A DNA stretch of 64,000 bases from Alphaproteobacteria bacterium CG11_big_fil_rev_8_21_14_0_20_39_49. GTDB taxonomy: Bacteria; Pseudomonadota; Alphaproteobacteria; Rickettsiales; UBA6187. Where the stretch lies: contig PCXK01000007.1 of assembly GCA_002787635.1 (NCBI GenBank), positions 252,676 through 316,675 of the forward strand. The letters are read 5' to 3'. The notes beneath the pieces were generated by a model. The model was not told the origin of the DNA. It did not search any database and worked only from the letters and a program-made list of their open reading frames with translations. The position numbers and the translations under genes were made by a program. Positions 26,996 to 35,789 of the stretch are shown in pieces; positions within the stretch are counted from its first letter, which is position 1; each line of letters begins with the position of its first letter.

Positions 26996-27146
26996 ATTAT
27001 CTTTATAATTACTAAGGTATATTAGTAACTAATCTCCCTTTTGAACTAATTACGTACTGATTTACTATCAAAGATATCATGAACATATTAATATTTGGTT
27101 AACAACTGGGGGTTGCTTTTCGCCACAATAGTATAACAATTGGTTT

Positions 27147-27665
27147 TTAATACTCAACGGAAATAATTGTATTGATTACCTTTTGTGCGTTGTCAGGTCC
27201 TGAACCTGTAGATATAACCTGATAATAGTCTTTCAATGAAAGTGCTCCGGCTCCTCCATACTCACCGCCTGCGGAGCCTACTTCACCTCCTGTGCCTGTT
27301 CCTGAACTGACATTTTTGGACGTAATATATGTTGTAGAGCAGCCATAGCTATATCCGGTCAGTTTGTTGGTTTCTGTTGTGGTTTCACTACCTGTCATCA
27401 TGGCACTCAGGTTAGAAGTTGTTATATCGCTTATTGATGAAGGCGTGCCTGTCTGTCCTTCAAAAAAAGTTATTACATCATGTCGGCATGTTTCCGTAAT
27501 TTGGAATACTTCCGAATCAACAGATTTGAATGTAGCTGTTGTCAGTTCCCTTGTAGAGCTTTGCATCAACCCTGCACCAAGCAGATTCATCGCTATCAAT
27601 ATAAACATTGATGATAGTAGGATATTACCCTTTTGGGAGTCTGCTTTTGTAATCTTCAATAACAT
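27147..27665 (-). CDS. pilX: PilX-like minor pilin / pilus assembly protein
   Basis: PilX_N-like start QKGNILLSSMFILIAMNLLGAGLMQSSTRELTTATF. Position after pilW fits. Confidence 0.55.
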   Translation of the reverse strand: MLLKITKADSQKGNILLSSMFILIAMNLLGAGLMQSSTRELTTATFKSVDSEVFQITETCRHDVITFFEGQTGTPSSISDITTSNLSAMMTGSETTTETNKLTGYSYGCSTTYITSKNVSSGTGTGGEVGSAGGEYGGAGALSLKDYYQVISTGSGPDNAQKVINTIISVEY

Positions 27666-27667
27666 TA

Positions 27668-28396
27668 TCAGTTCCCCCTTAAGTTTTTAATATTAATCGT
27701 TGTGGTGAACTCGTCACGGTGTAAATTATCGGTAAAGCTAAAATTATAATTACCTATTGTCTGGTCGGGACGAGTATATGTATTTGTTGAGCTTAGGGTG
27801 CTTTGACTTCTGGCTATTATGCTTACATCTACAAGCTGAGGGTCACCGTTAGAATTGTTGTCCGAACCAACAAACTGCAAGTCTTCTATGTAGTCTGCAA
27901 CTAATGATGTTGCTCCGTCACCTAAACATGGGTCGCCGGCATCGGAGAGTAGGGTTGTTACCGTCATATATAATGCGTTCCTTGCGGGATTTGTCCTTGG
28001 TCGTATATCATATGTAATCTGACATCTTTGCGGATTAACTGTGGAGTCCTTGTCATATATTACGGTTATACTATCACAGCACGCATTACCGCTATCTGTT
28101 ATCGTTATCGGGTTTGCAATAGCACCATATACGGGGTCTACATTTGTATCCATGGCTACCCTTCCTGCCATTCTTAAATCTCTTGATATTATTCTTATCG
28201 AAGGAATGCCTGCCTGCTGTACTTCTGAAAAGGCTGAAACCCTGCTATATTGCTTGGATAAAACCACAAAGGAAGTATAGCCGCCCGCTATAATAATAGA
28301 GCCTACGGCAGCAGCAAGTATCAACTCAAGCATGCTATATCCATGACAGTTCCGAGTGGTTCTTTTAATAAGAAATTTTTCAAAACTAAACATCAA
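27668..28396 (-). CDS. pilW: PilW-like minor pilin (prepilin-type N-terminal methylation domain)
   Basis: GYSMLELILAAAVGSIIIAGGY prepilin motif. About 240 aa. Gene order fimT-pilV-pilW-pilX. Confidence 0.6.
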   Translation of the reverse strand: MMFSFEKFLIKRTTRNCHGYSMLELILAAAVGSIIIAGGYTSFVVLSKQYSRVSAFSEVQQAGIPSIRIISRDLRMAGRVAMDTNVDPVYGAIANPITITDSGNACCDSITVIYDKDSTVNPQRCQITYDIRPRTNPARNALYMTVTTLLSDAGDPCLGDGATSLVADYIEDLQFVGSDNNSNGDPQLVDVSIIARSQSTLSSTNTYTRPDQTIGNYNFSFTDNLHRDEFTTTINIKNLRGN

Positions 28397-28850
28397 AAAT
28401 CCTTTTCATTACTATAAGTATAGTTTGGTTATACCCTTCTAAAAATATGCTCACTATCCGCCTGTCACCTGCAATTGTGTCAACTGTTATCGTCCTTGTA
28501 TCGGTTGCACCTGCCGCACCTATCTCATTTTGCAGCCTGATACACCATTCATAGCCACGCACGTCCCATTGGTCGGCGGTTGTAGGTGGTGTGCATGTTG
28601 ATAAATCCATTGCGTATGAATTTATGTTAGCCAGATCGGTTTCAATTATTTCTATCATCTGGTCGGCTATCAACTGTACTTTTTGCCGTGCAACGGCACG
28701 TTTGGTAAATTGCTCCGATGAGGCAATGAGAGTAAAAACCCCCACAAAGCCCATAGCAACTATGCCGGCAGAAATCATGGCTTCAATCAGTGTGAAGCCT
28801 TTGCATTTATTTAAATGCGGTAATGATAATTTTCTAACTTTCCGTAACAT
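28386..28850 (-). CDS. pilV: PilV-like minor pilin
   Basis: KGFTLIEAMISAGIVAMGFVGVF prepilin motif. 154 aa. Confidence 0.6.
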   Translation of the reverse strand: MLRKVRKLSLPHLNKCKGFTLIEAMISAGIVAMGFVGVFTLIASSEQFTKRAVARQKVQLIADQMIEIIETDLANINSYAMDLSTCTPPTTADQWDVRGYEWCIRLQNEIGAAGATDTRTITVDTIAGDRRIVSIFLEGYNQTILIVMKRIFDV

Positions 28851-29340
28851 CTATATATCCCGTTGCAATTGTTACATCTAAAGTATAGGTAGTTCCCGTA
28901 GCACCGCTAACAGGTGCTACTATATAAGCCCCTCCCGAAGAGCTGCCGTCCCTGTAAAAACATAAATTGTTAGTAAAAGCTGTTCCGGTTATTCCATAAT
29001 TAGTGTGTACGTCGATTTGTTTAGTCTGTATCGTTGTCCATGCTCCTGTTGACGGACAGTTATTTGTAGGAGCTGCCGAATATGACAATGTCATTGTATA
29101 TGTTGAACCGACTTGCGTAATTACTATTTTTGCAGTTGTGTTCTTTGACATGGCATGGTTGCGAAGGGTCGCAAGCTGATCACGCAGCTCTTTATATGTA
29201 TTTTGAGCCGTTTTTTTTGTATTAAGGTTTCCTATACCCGTGCCTGAGCCTACGGCTATTACCGAAGCTATAATCGCTATAGTTACAAGTAGTTCAAGTA
29301 GTGTATATCCTCTTTTATAAGACATATTAAATCCTCCCAC
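28834..29340 (-). CDS. FimT/GspH-family minor pilin
   Basis: RGYTLLELLVTIAIIASVIAVG prepilin motif. 168 aa. First of four consecutive minor pilin genes. Confidence 0.6.
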   Translation of the reverse strand: MGGFNMSYKRGYTLLELLVTIAIIASVIAVGSGTGIGNLNTKKTAQNTYKELRDQLATLRNHAMSKNTTAKIVITQVGSTYTMTLSYSAAPTNNCPSTGAWTTIQTKQIDVHTNYGITGTAFTNNLCFYRDGSSSGGAYIVAPVSGATGTTYTLDVTIATGYIDVTES

Positions 29341-29342
29341 TA

Positions 29343-30662
29343 TTAGTGAGCGTCCTCTAAGTCCTCTTTGCGGATTTTACCTGAATCAAGCAAAGTCTGG
29401 ATTGAGTCTTTCATAAGCATGTTGCCCTCTGCCTTACTTGTTTGCATTGTTTGTTCTATCTGGAATATCTTACCTTCACGAATAAGGTTAGAGATGGCGG
29501 CATTGGATTTCATAACCTCAAATGCTGCGACACGTCCTTTTCCGTCCGCTGTTTTTATCAGCCTTTGTGTAACTACCAGTCTTATTGATTGTGATAGCTG
29601 TGAACGTGCCTGAGCCTGCTGTGCAGGAGGGAAAACGTCTAATATACGGTTTATGGAATTAGGTGCACCGTTTGTGTGTAGCGTTCCAAATACCAAGTGT
29701 CCTGTTTCCGCCGCTGTTAATGCCAGTCCCACAGTTTCCAAATCACGCATCTCACCTAGTAGAATCACGTCCGGATCCTGACGCAAAACCGCTTTTAACG
29801 CACTGCCGAATGAAAAAGCGTCCTTTCCTACCTCACGTTGTGAGATAAGTGCTACGTTGCTTTCGTGGATAAACTCTACCGGATCCTCAATGGTTATTAT
29901 GTTTTCTTTTCTTGTGGAGTTTATCTTTTTGATTATTGATGCCAATGTAGTGGATTTACCCGAACCTGTAGGACCTGTAACGAGTACCAGACCGTTTTTC
30001 TGTGTGGTAATATCAAACACTGCTTTCGGCAGATTAAGTTTTTCAATGTCGGGAGCTTCGGTTTCAATTTTCCTCAATACCATAGCAGGACCGCGTAAAG
30101 TCATATATGCGTTTACCCTGAACCTCATGCCGCCACCTTCTATCGCAAGGTCGATATCACGCATTTTCTGAAAATGTTCTTTTTGATCCTCGTCTAAAAT
30201 CGACTCTATAAACGCACCTATTTTCTTGTCGGTAATGAAATCATTCCTCTGTACCTCTATAGAGCCGTGCTGACGGATTGCTATAGGCTCATTTGAATGA
30301 ATATGGATATCCGATAATTTGAAATTGGTTGCGTAATGCACTATTTTGTCAAGCATTCCATCGGGTACGGGAGGTTTTGAATCTTCAACTTTAGTATTTT
30401 CCGCAGGCTTTTGTTCGGGTGTCGTCGGTGCTTGTTGTTGCACCGGTGCAGTTGTGGGAGTCGTAGCCGCAGGAGGTGGAGTAGGACTTTTAGGAGCGAC
30501 CGTTGCAGGTTGTGGTGTGGCAGCAGGCGTAGCATTCGGCATTGCCTGACCGTTGGCACTACCGTTAGGCGGTGTCGGGGTGGCTGAATTTGTAGCTGCT
30601 TGCGGTTGTTGCCCTTGCTGACCTTGTCCTGACGGCATCATTTGAGGTGTCTGTTCCTGCAT
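29343..30662 (-). CDS. pilT: Type IV pilus retraction ATPase PilT/PilU family, with an N-terminal low-complexity extension of about 100 aa
   Basis: Walker A GPTGSGKSTT, IITIEDPVEF, Walker B ILLGEMRD, His box LVFGTLHTNGA, AISNLIREGK. The N-terminus is Q/P/A/T-rich. A good SD (gggagagag) precedes the ATG at 30662. Confidence 0.85.
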   Translation of the reverse strand: MQEQTPQMMPSGQGQQGQQPQAATNSATPTPPNGSANGQAMPNATPAATPQPATVAPKSPTPPPAATTPTTAPVQQQAPTTPEQKPAENTKVEDSKPPVPDGMLDKIVHYATNFKLSDIHIHSNEPIAIRQHGSIEVQRNDFITDKKIGAFIESILDEDQKEHFQKMRDIDLAIEGGGMRFRVNAYMTLRGPAMVLRKIETEAPDIEKLNLPKAVFDITTQKNGLVLVTGPTGSGKSTTLASIIKKINSTRKENIITIEDPVEFIHESNVALISQREVGKDAFSFGSALKAVLRQDPDVILLGEMRDLETVGLALTAAETGHLVFGTLHTNGAPNSINRILDVFPPAQQAQARSQLSQSIRLVVTQRLIKTADGKGRVAAFEVMKSNAAISNLIREGKIFQIEQTMQTSKAEGNMLMKDSIQTLLDSGKIRKEDLEDAH

Positions 30663-30888
30663 AATCTCTCTCCCTACCTGATTATAGTATTTCTACTTTT
30701 CAATAATCATGCGTTGACCTTCGACTCATGTATGTTTTATACACATCGTCTCGGTCGCCTATGATTCTTAAAAAGTTTAAACACTATATTTTAATATTAA
30801 AACAATGGTTTAACTAACGTTGCCTCCATCATGATAATTGTATCACATTAAGGTTAAGAAAGAGTTAATATATTTATCGAACGTTCTC

Positions 30889-30925
30889 CGTCATGCTATG
30901 GCTTGACCATAATATCCAAGCCATA
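30889..30925. repeat. Family-C palindromic repeat copy
   Basis: cgtcatgctatggcttgaccataatatccaagccata. Confidence 0.65.
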
Positions 30926-30953
30926 TAATTTAGATTCCGTATCAAGTGCAAAA

Positions 30954-31000
30954 TGACGTAGTATGTAGTATTGTTTAGTAAAACAAATTATAGTGGAATC
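30954..31000. repeat. Family-B-like single arm (divergent)
   Basis: tgacgtagtatgtagtattgtttagtaaaacaaattatagtggaatc; compare 59433-59478. Confidence 0.45.
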
Positions 31001-31006
31001 TACATT

Positions 31007-31756
31007 CTAAAAAGTTAGGAAGCTCAAATACCAGTTTATTAAATCCTCACCCCATATAAGGGTTATTATTCCCGCTATAGAAAGTGAAGGACCAAAAGGT
31101 GAGGGGGCGGAAAGCTTGTTATTTGCAAATTTAGCCAGCCCCAAAGCTACGAATATTCCCAAAAATGATGATGCAAACACAATAAAAGGTAAGTATTGAT
31201 AGCCGACCCACGCTCCCAATGCCGAAAGTAATTTAAAGTCGCCCTGACCCATACCATCCTTTTTCCTTATCAGCCTGAATGTGGTATTAATCAGCCAAAG
31301 TGACCAGTACCCCGCTACCGCTCCTATTAATGACTCTTTAAAGCTTGTGAATATTTCGAAATATCCCTGTATCAGACCCAACACAATAAGCGGCTTGGTT
31401 ATAATGTCGGGGAGATATTGCGTTTTCGCATCGACAAATGTAAGCACAATAAGGCTGTAAACAAGTATAAGTGCCGATATCGCCTCTTTAGTTACGCCAT
31501 AATGCAAAATCATGAAAACCGTAGAGGATACCGTTACAATGTCTAGTAATAAATAAAATATGAAAAACTGCTTATTCCCCTCCTTCATCTGTTTTAGTAC
31601 AAAATTCAGATAGGTTTTGAAAATATTACTTTTGCTCTTGGTTTTCTTGCCGCGTTCTTCTTCGTCTATTATTCTGCATATCTCATATACGATAAAACAT
31701 AATATATCGCCTATGACTAATCCGACTAAAATTGACATTATAATTGTTACAAACAT
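31007..31756 (-). CDS. pilD: Prepilin peptidase (A24 family, PilD-like), short form
   Basis: Catalytic Asp motifs FVDAKTQYLPD and GMGQGDFKLLSALGAW. Multi-TM, 249 aa. No Cys-pair zinc-binding segment in the N-terminal cytoplasmic loop. Confidence 0.8.
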   Translation of the reverse strand: MFVTIIMSILVGLVIGDILCFIVYEICRIIDEEERGKKTKSKSNIFKTYLNFVLKQMKEGNKQFFIFYLLLDIVTVSSTVFMILHYGVTKEAISALILVYSLIVLTFVDAKTQYLPDIITKPLIVLGLIQGYFEIFTSFKESLIGAVAGYWSLWLINTTFRLIRKKDGMGQGDFKLLSALGAWVGYQYLPFIVFASSFLGIFVALGLAKFANNKLSAPSPFGPSLSIAGIITLIWGEDLINWYLSFLTF

Positions 31757-31873
31757 ATTTTTACCTAAAAAAGTTTACATTTATTTTTAATCTTATTGAT
31801 TTATTATATCAATCAAAAAAGCTGTTATTTAATTAAACTTTTGATATAGTTGTATTTTTCTTTGGTGCGTGTG

Positions 31874-31919
31874 GTTAACAAATAGTTAACTGATTATGGC
31901 GTGTTAATAACTTGTTAAC
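31874..31919. promoter_or_regulatory. Two similar 17-bp GTTAAC-containing sites in the divergent pilD/pilA intergenic region (candidate operator)
   Basis: GTTAACAAATAGTTAAC (31874-31890) and GTTAATAACTTGTTAAC (31903-31919), 29 bp apart start to start. A third, degenerate ttaactaac follows. Confidence 0.3.
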
Positions 31920-32172
31920 TATTATTTAACTAACTCTTAAGTTGAAGTGTGATATAAATATAACTATAGGCGGAATATAAAATGGTTTTTTACGGATTAT
32001 TTGTATTTTGTTTTAATTGAAGTTAAATAGCAAAAAATATTTTTAAAATAAATGTTTATTTAAATTGCTCTTTAGTTTCATTAAGGTTATTAATTTCCAT
32101 TAAGGGTTGAAATATGCCTAAGAATTGAAATTAAAAGTATTTTTTGTAATTTAAGTTTATTGGAGTTCTATC

Positions 32173-32670
32173 ATGAATAATTTAACTCAAAAAGGTCAAA
32201 AAGGTTTTACACTTATTGAATTGTTAATCGTTGTGGCGATTCTCGGTATATTGGCGGCTGTTGCGATTCCTCAATATCAGGGTTATCAGCAACAAGCTAA
32301 AATCAATGCTGTAAAATCATCTCATAAGTCGGTTGTAAGCTTGCTTTCGGGTTCGGTTACTAACTGTTCTACAGGTGCTGCAACAGTAACTATGGGTACT
32401 ACGCCTGTTACTTGTAATACTGCAACTTCAGCTACTTTCACAGCTGCCGCTGCCGGTTATTTTAATACTCAAAAAGGTTTGAAAAACCCTTATGACCAAT
32501 CACTTGGCGGTGTTACCGATGGTGCGGCAGGTGCCGTAGTAGGTGCTATCTACATGGACGGTGCTACTTCTGCTACACAAATCACCGTTACTTCAAACGT
32601 TGACTTAAACAATGATGGTGACGCAGCTGATACTGATGAAACTATTAGTGATCTAATCGTTTTAGAGTAA
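32173..32670 (+). CDS. pilA: Type IVa major pilin
   Basis: Short leader [11 protein letters not shown] followed by [28 protein letters not shown]. 165 aa with a T/A/G-rich variable C-terminal part. SD ggag upstream. Confidence 0.88.
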   Translation: MNNLTQKGQKGFTLIELLIVVAILGILAAVAIPQYQGYQQQAKINAVKSSHKSVVSLLSGSVTNCSTGAATVTMGTTPVTCNTATSATFTAAAAGYFNTQKGLKNPYDQSLGGVTDGAAGAVVGAIYMDGATSATQITVTSNVDLNNDGDAADTDETISDLIVLE

Positions 32671-32687
32671 TAGTATAGTCTTGATGA

Positions 32688-32716
32688 AAAAGGGGGGGAT
32701 TTTCCTCCCTTTTTTG
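32688..32716 (+). terminator. Candidate intrinsic terminator/attenuator between the two pilin genes
   Basis: aaagggggggattttcctcccttttttg: an imperfect G/C stem followed by a T-run, about 20 nt after the pilA stop. Confidence 0.45.
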
Positions 32717-32744
32717 TGCATTGTAGGAAAATATAGGGGGTGTT

Positions 32745-33128
32745 ATGCAAAAAGGATTTACATTAATAGAGTTATTAATAACAGTTGCTATCTTAGGCAT
32801 ACTTTCAGCCATAGCAGTTCCTCAATATCAGGGCTATGTTTCAAATTCCAGAGCGGTAGCGGCTCAGAACAACCTTCGTAATATTTATCTGCAACAACAG
32901 GAATATTTTACCGATAATAATATTTATTATGCAACCGGAGCAGGGTGTGCCGATGCATCTGCAACAATAAATACGAACCTGTTTAACGGTGATAATGTTT
33001 TAACGAATGATTTTTATAATTATTGTATAAACCAGACTACTACTACCGATTTTACGGCAAGGGCGCAGTTAGTAACCGATGTTACTACGGAATTTACAAT
33101 AACAAATACTAATGCTACGAATTTTTAA
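32745..33128 (+). CDS. Second type IVa pilin (PilE-like)
   Basis: [32 protein letters not shown]. 127 aa. Confidence 0.8.
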   Translation: MQKGFTLIELLITVAILGILSAIAVPQYQGYVSNSRAVAAQNNLRNIYLQQQEYFTDNNIYYATGAGCADASATINTNLFNGDNVLTNDFYNYCINQTTTTDFTARAQLVTDVTTEFTITNTNATNF

Positions 33129-33136
33129 AGTTTAGT

Positions 33137-33544
33137 GTGGAGATAAAAATAGTGACAGGTGAGAAAAAATTATCAATCTTATTAGTAGAAGATAACGGAA
33201 TGTTTCTAAACATAGCTGAGGAAATGCTAAAAGGGCATAAAGTTATTGCAGCAGAAACCGCACAGAAAGGTGTCGATGCTTATAAAAAAGAAAATCCCGA
33301 TATAACTTTTCTTGATATAGCCCTTCCTGACGGTAACGGTCATGATATATTGAAAAAAATAAAGACAATGAATGAAGATGCATATGTTGTAATGATGACG
33401 GCAAGCAGGCTGAAAGATGATGTTCTAAAGTCTATGGGAGAAGGTGCCGAGGGCTATATTACAAAGCCGTTTTCAGAAGGAATGGTGAAGCAATGTATAA
33501 AAGAATATCACGAATATAAACAGAAAAAATCAAATGCCGTTTAA
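33137..33544 (+). CDS. Single-domain CheY-like response regulator (PilG/PilH-like by context)
   Basis: ILLVEDN, phospho-acceptor context FLDIALPDGNG, MMTA, and conserved Lys in YITKPF. About 130 aa. Embedded among pilin genes. Confidence 0.75.
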   Translation: MEIKIVTGEKKLSILLVEDNGMFLNIAEEMLKGHKVIAAETAQKGVDAYKKENPDITFLDIALPDGNGHDILKKIKTMNEDAYVVMMTASRLKDDVLKSMGEGAEGYITKPFSEGMVKQCIKEYHEYKQKKSNAV

Positions 33545-33604
33545 ATTTAAGTAAAATAATTATTAAAGGGGGCATTGTTAACAATAGCTTTTTAGGACAA
33601 ATAT

Positions 33605-34375
33605 ATGCATGTTTGCAAATCTGAAAGACCAAAGTCTGAGAAAGGCTTTACACTCATTGAACTATCTATTGTTATAGTAATTATTGGACTAATCGTTGCA
33701 GGTGTTATAGGTGGACAGGCTTTGGTTGAACAGGCTAAAATTAGATCACAAATATCGGAATTTCAGAAATATAGCGTTGCATACAATACTTTTAAAATAG
33801 AGTATAATGCAATTCTAGGTGATTTTAATAGAGCATCACAATATTGGACTGGTGCGTTTGACGGAGATGGGAATGAAGCAATATCAGTCAATGCTGATAA
33901 TATGGGAGCTTCATTGCCTAACGAAAGCCTAAGCTTTTTTACACACTTATAATTGGCTGAAATGATACCGGAAAGTTTTAATGGCTCTTGGGGGCTTGGT
34001 ACCGGTTTTCCAGAGTTAAAGATAAGTCATAATATGGGTATGGGAGTTGCTCAATTCATACAAGGTAATTTTTTTAGTGGTTTGCAACTGGGTTCTATCA
34101 CCTCTACTAAAAGATACAAAGCTTTTTTAGCATTGAACATAAGCAATCCTAGTACAAATTCATCTGGTTATAATGACCCAATTGGAACATCAACCCCTAA
34201 AATATATAATATAATTGATAAAAAAATTGATGACGGAATTGCTATGCAGGGAATTTTTAGGGCTTATAGGGCTTATACGTCAGCACATGGAAATTGCTTA
34301 ACCGGAATCAATGGTGATTACCTTTTATCAAATGAAGCTCAATCATGTCACGCAATATATGTATTAGAAAAGTAA
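33605..34375 (+). pseudogene. Prepilin-type (pseudopilin-like) gene interrupted by one in-frame TAA at 33950-33952
   Basis: N-terminus [25 protein letters not shown]. ORFs 33605-33952 and 33953-34375 share one frame and are contiguous (..FFTHL*LAEMIPESFNG..). The stop falls inside what looks like one conserved segment. Confidence 0.5.
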
Positions 34376-34557
34376 AAAGTTCCTTGTATAGTATCAGTCC
34401 ACAAAACTGTTTACACTCGACAAGTTCAGTATGACAAAGTATATATTTATTAAAAGCACCTGCGATTATTTAGGAAAATAATTAACTAAATGTTAAAAAT
34501 TATGCACTATGATTGCTTGATAAGGTATATTAAACCATATATTTTTCGGTATAAATT

Positions 34558-35730
34558 ATGAGTTTGGAAGAGGGTGGCAACAGGTATGAGTTAACTGATG
34601 ACGATATACAGAAGTTAATAAAAAGCCCATTCGAAAAGAAGATAGATATAACAAAAAAAATTGCCGATTATTATAATAGCGGCGGTTTTAGTCAGGAACA
34701 GATGGTTGCTGCGGCTAAAATATTCGGAACGCTGGTTAAAGACACCGAAGTAAAAATCAGAAAAACATTATCTGAAGCAATAAAAGATAATCCCGACATT
34801 CCAAGGGATATAATATTGTCGCTCGCACATGACGTGCAGGAAGTATCCCTGCCCGTGTTAGAGTTTTCCGATGTGTTGACTGATGCCGACCTTATAGAGA
34901 TAGTTACCTCTACCGAAGATGCGGAAAAGCAAAAGTCCATTTCAAAAAGGCATACCGTATCGGAAGGTGTAGCCGAAGTGCTGATAGAAACGGATAATGA
35001 GGCTGTGGTAGATGTGCTTCTTCATAATGAAGGGGTGCATATGTCTGAGGAAAGTATCGATCGTATAGTGGAAACTTTCGGTGAAAAAGAAGAAATAATG
35101 GGAGCTTTGGTGGAAAGGGAAACGCTGCCTGTATCTATAGTAGAGAGCCTTGCGGATAAAATCAGCGAATCACTATATAACAGCCTTCAGGAAAAGCATA
35201 AAGACGCATTCGTCCGCATGGACGATATGGTCAGAAAAAGCCGTGATGTTGCTAAGATGAAGCTTATAGGTCTCAGAAGTACCGATGCGGAATATTATAA
35301 GTTCTGCCAGTTGATGGAAAAGTTAAAAATCCCTGAAGAGCTATCCCCGATATATGCCTTATGTATGTCTAATATGAATATTTTTGAAGTTAAAATAGCT
35401 CGCCTTACACAAACCCCTGTGTTAAATATAAGGCAATTAGTCCGAGATAGTAGCAATAAAGGATTTAGGGTTTTATACAGAAGGGCAGGGCTGCCCAAGG
35501 ATTTATTTGAGGCTTCGGAAGTTCTTATTACGGCTTTAAGAAACTTAGAGTCAAAATACTCATCGTTGACCAAAAGAGAAAATCATTTAAAAACCGTTGC
35601 ACAAGAACTAAGAGGAGAGATACTTAAAAACGTGAAAAACATAGAAGATGTAAAAAATCTTGATTATGTACTCTCACTTGTAAACCATTATTCGTCTATG
35701 CATGAGGATAAGGGGTCTTCCGATTCTTAA
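34558..35730 (+). CDS. DUF2336-like helical-repeat protein
   Basis: Repeated helical units such as IRKTLSEAIKDNPDIPRDIILSLAHDVQEVSLPVLEFSDVLTDADLIEIV and AEVLIETDNEAVVDVLLHN resemble alphaproteobacterial DUF2336. Pattern-level call. Confidence 0.45.
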   Translation: MSLEEGGNRYELTDDDIQKLIKSPFEKKIDITKKIADYYNSGGFSQEQMVAAAKIFGTLVKDTEVKIRKTLSEAIKDNPDIPRDIILSLAHDVQEVSLPVLEFSDVLTDADLIEIVTSTEDAEKQKSISKRHTVSEGVAEVLIETDNEAVVDVLLHNEGVHMSEESIDRIVETFGEKEEIMGALVERETLPVSIVESLADKISESLYNSLQEKHKDAFVRMDDMVRKSRDVAKMKLIGLRSTDAEYYKFCQLMEKLKIPEELSPIYALCMSNMNIFEVKIARLTQTPVLNIRQLVRDSSNKGFRVLYRRAGLPKDLFEASEVLITALRNLESKYSSLTKRENHLKTVAQELRGEILKNVKNIEDVKNLDYVLSLVNHYSSMHEDKGSSDS

Positions 35731-35789
35731 GATGTACAAATCCGGAATTTTATTCTATAATAACTAAGGTGATTTTTAATAAAAAAATA

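Noticed and set aside
30663-30700. A perfect TATAAT (complement of 30681-30686) upstream of pilT, considered as a promoter
   Set aside because: The implied transcription start would fall inside the Shine-Dalgarno sequence only about 12 nt from the ATG, and no properly spaced -35 box is present. TATAAT-like hexamers are expected by chance in AT-rich DNA.
18665-34375. Reading this locus as a type II secretion system, because the PilM-PilN fusion resembles GspL and there are four minor pseudopilins
   Set aside because: A PilT-family retraction ATPase is present. The major pilins carry the T4a AIPQYQ(G)Y signature rather than a GspG-type sequence. PilO/PilP-like genes precede the secretin in T4aP order.
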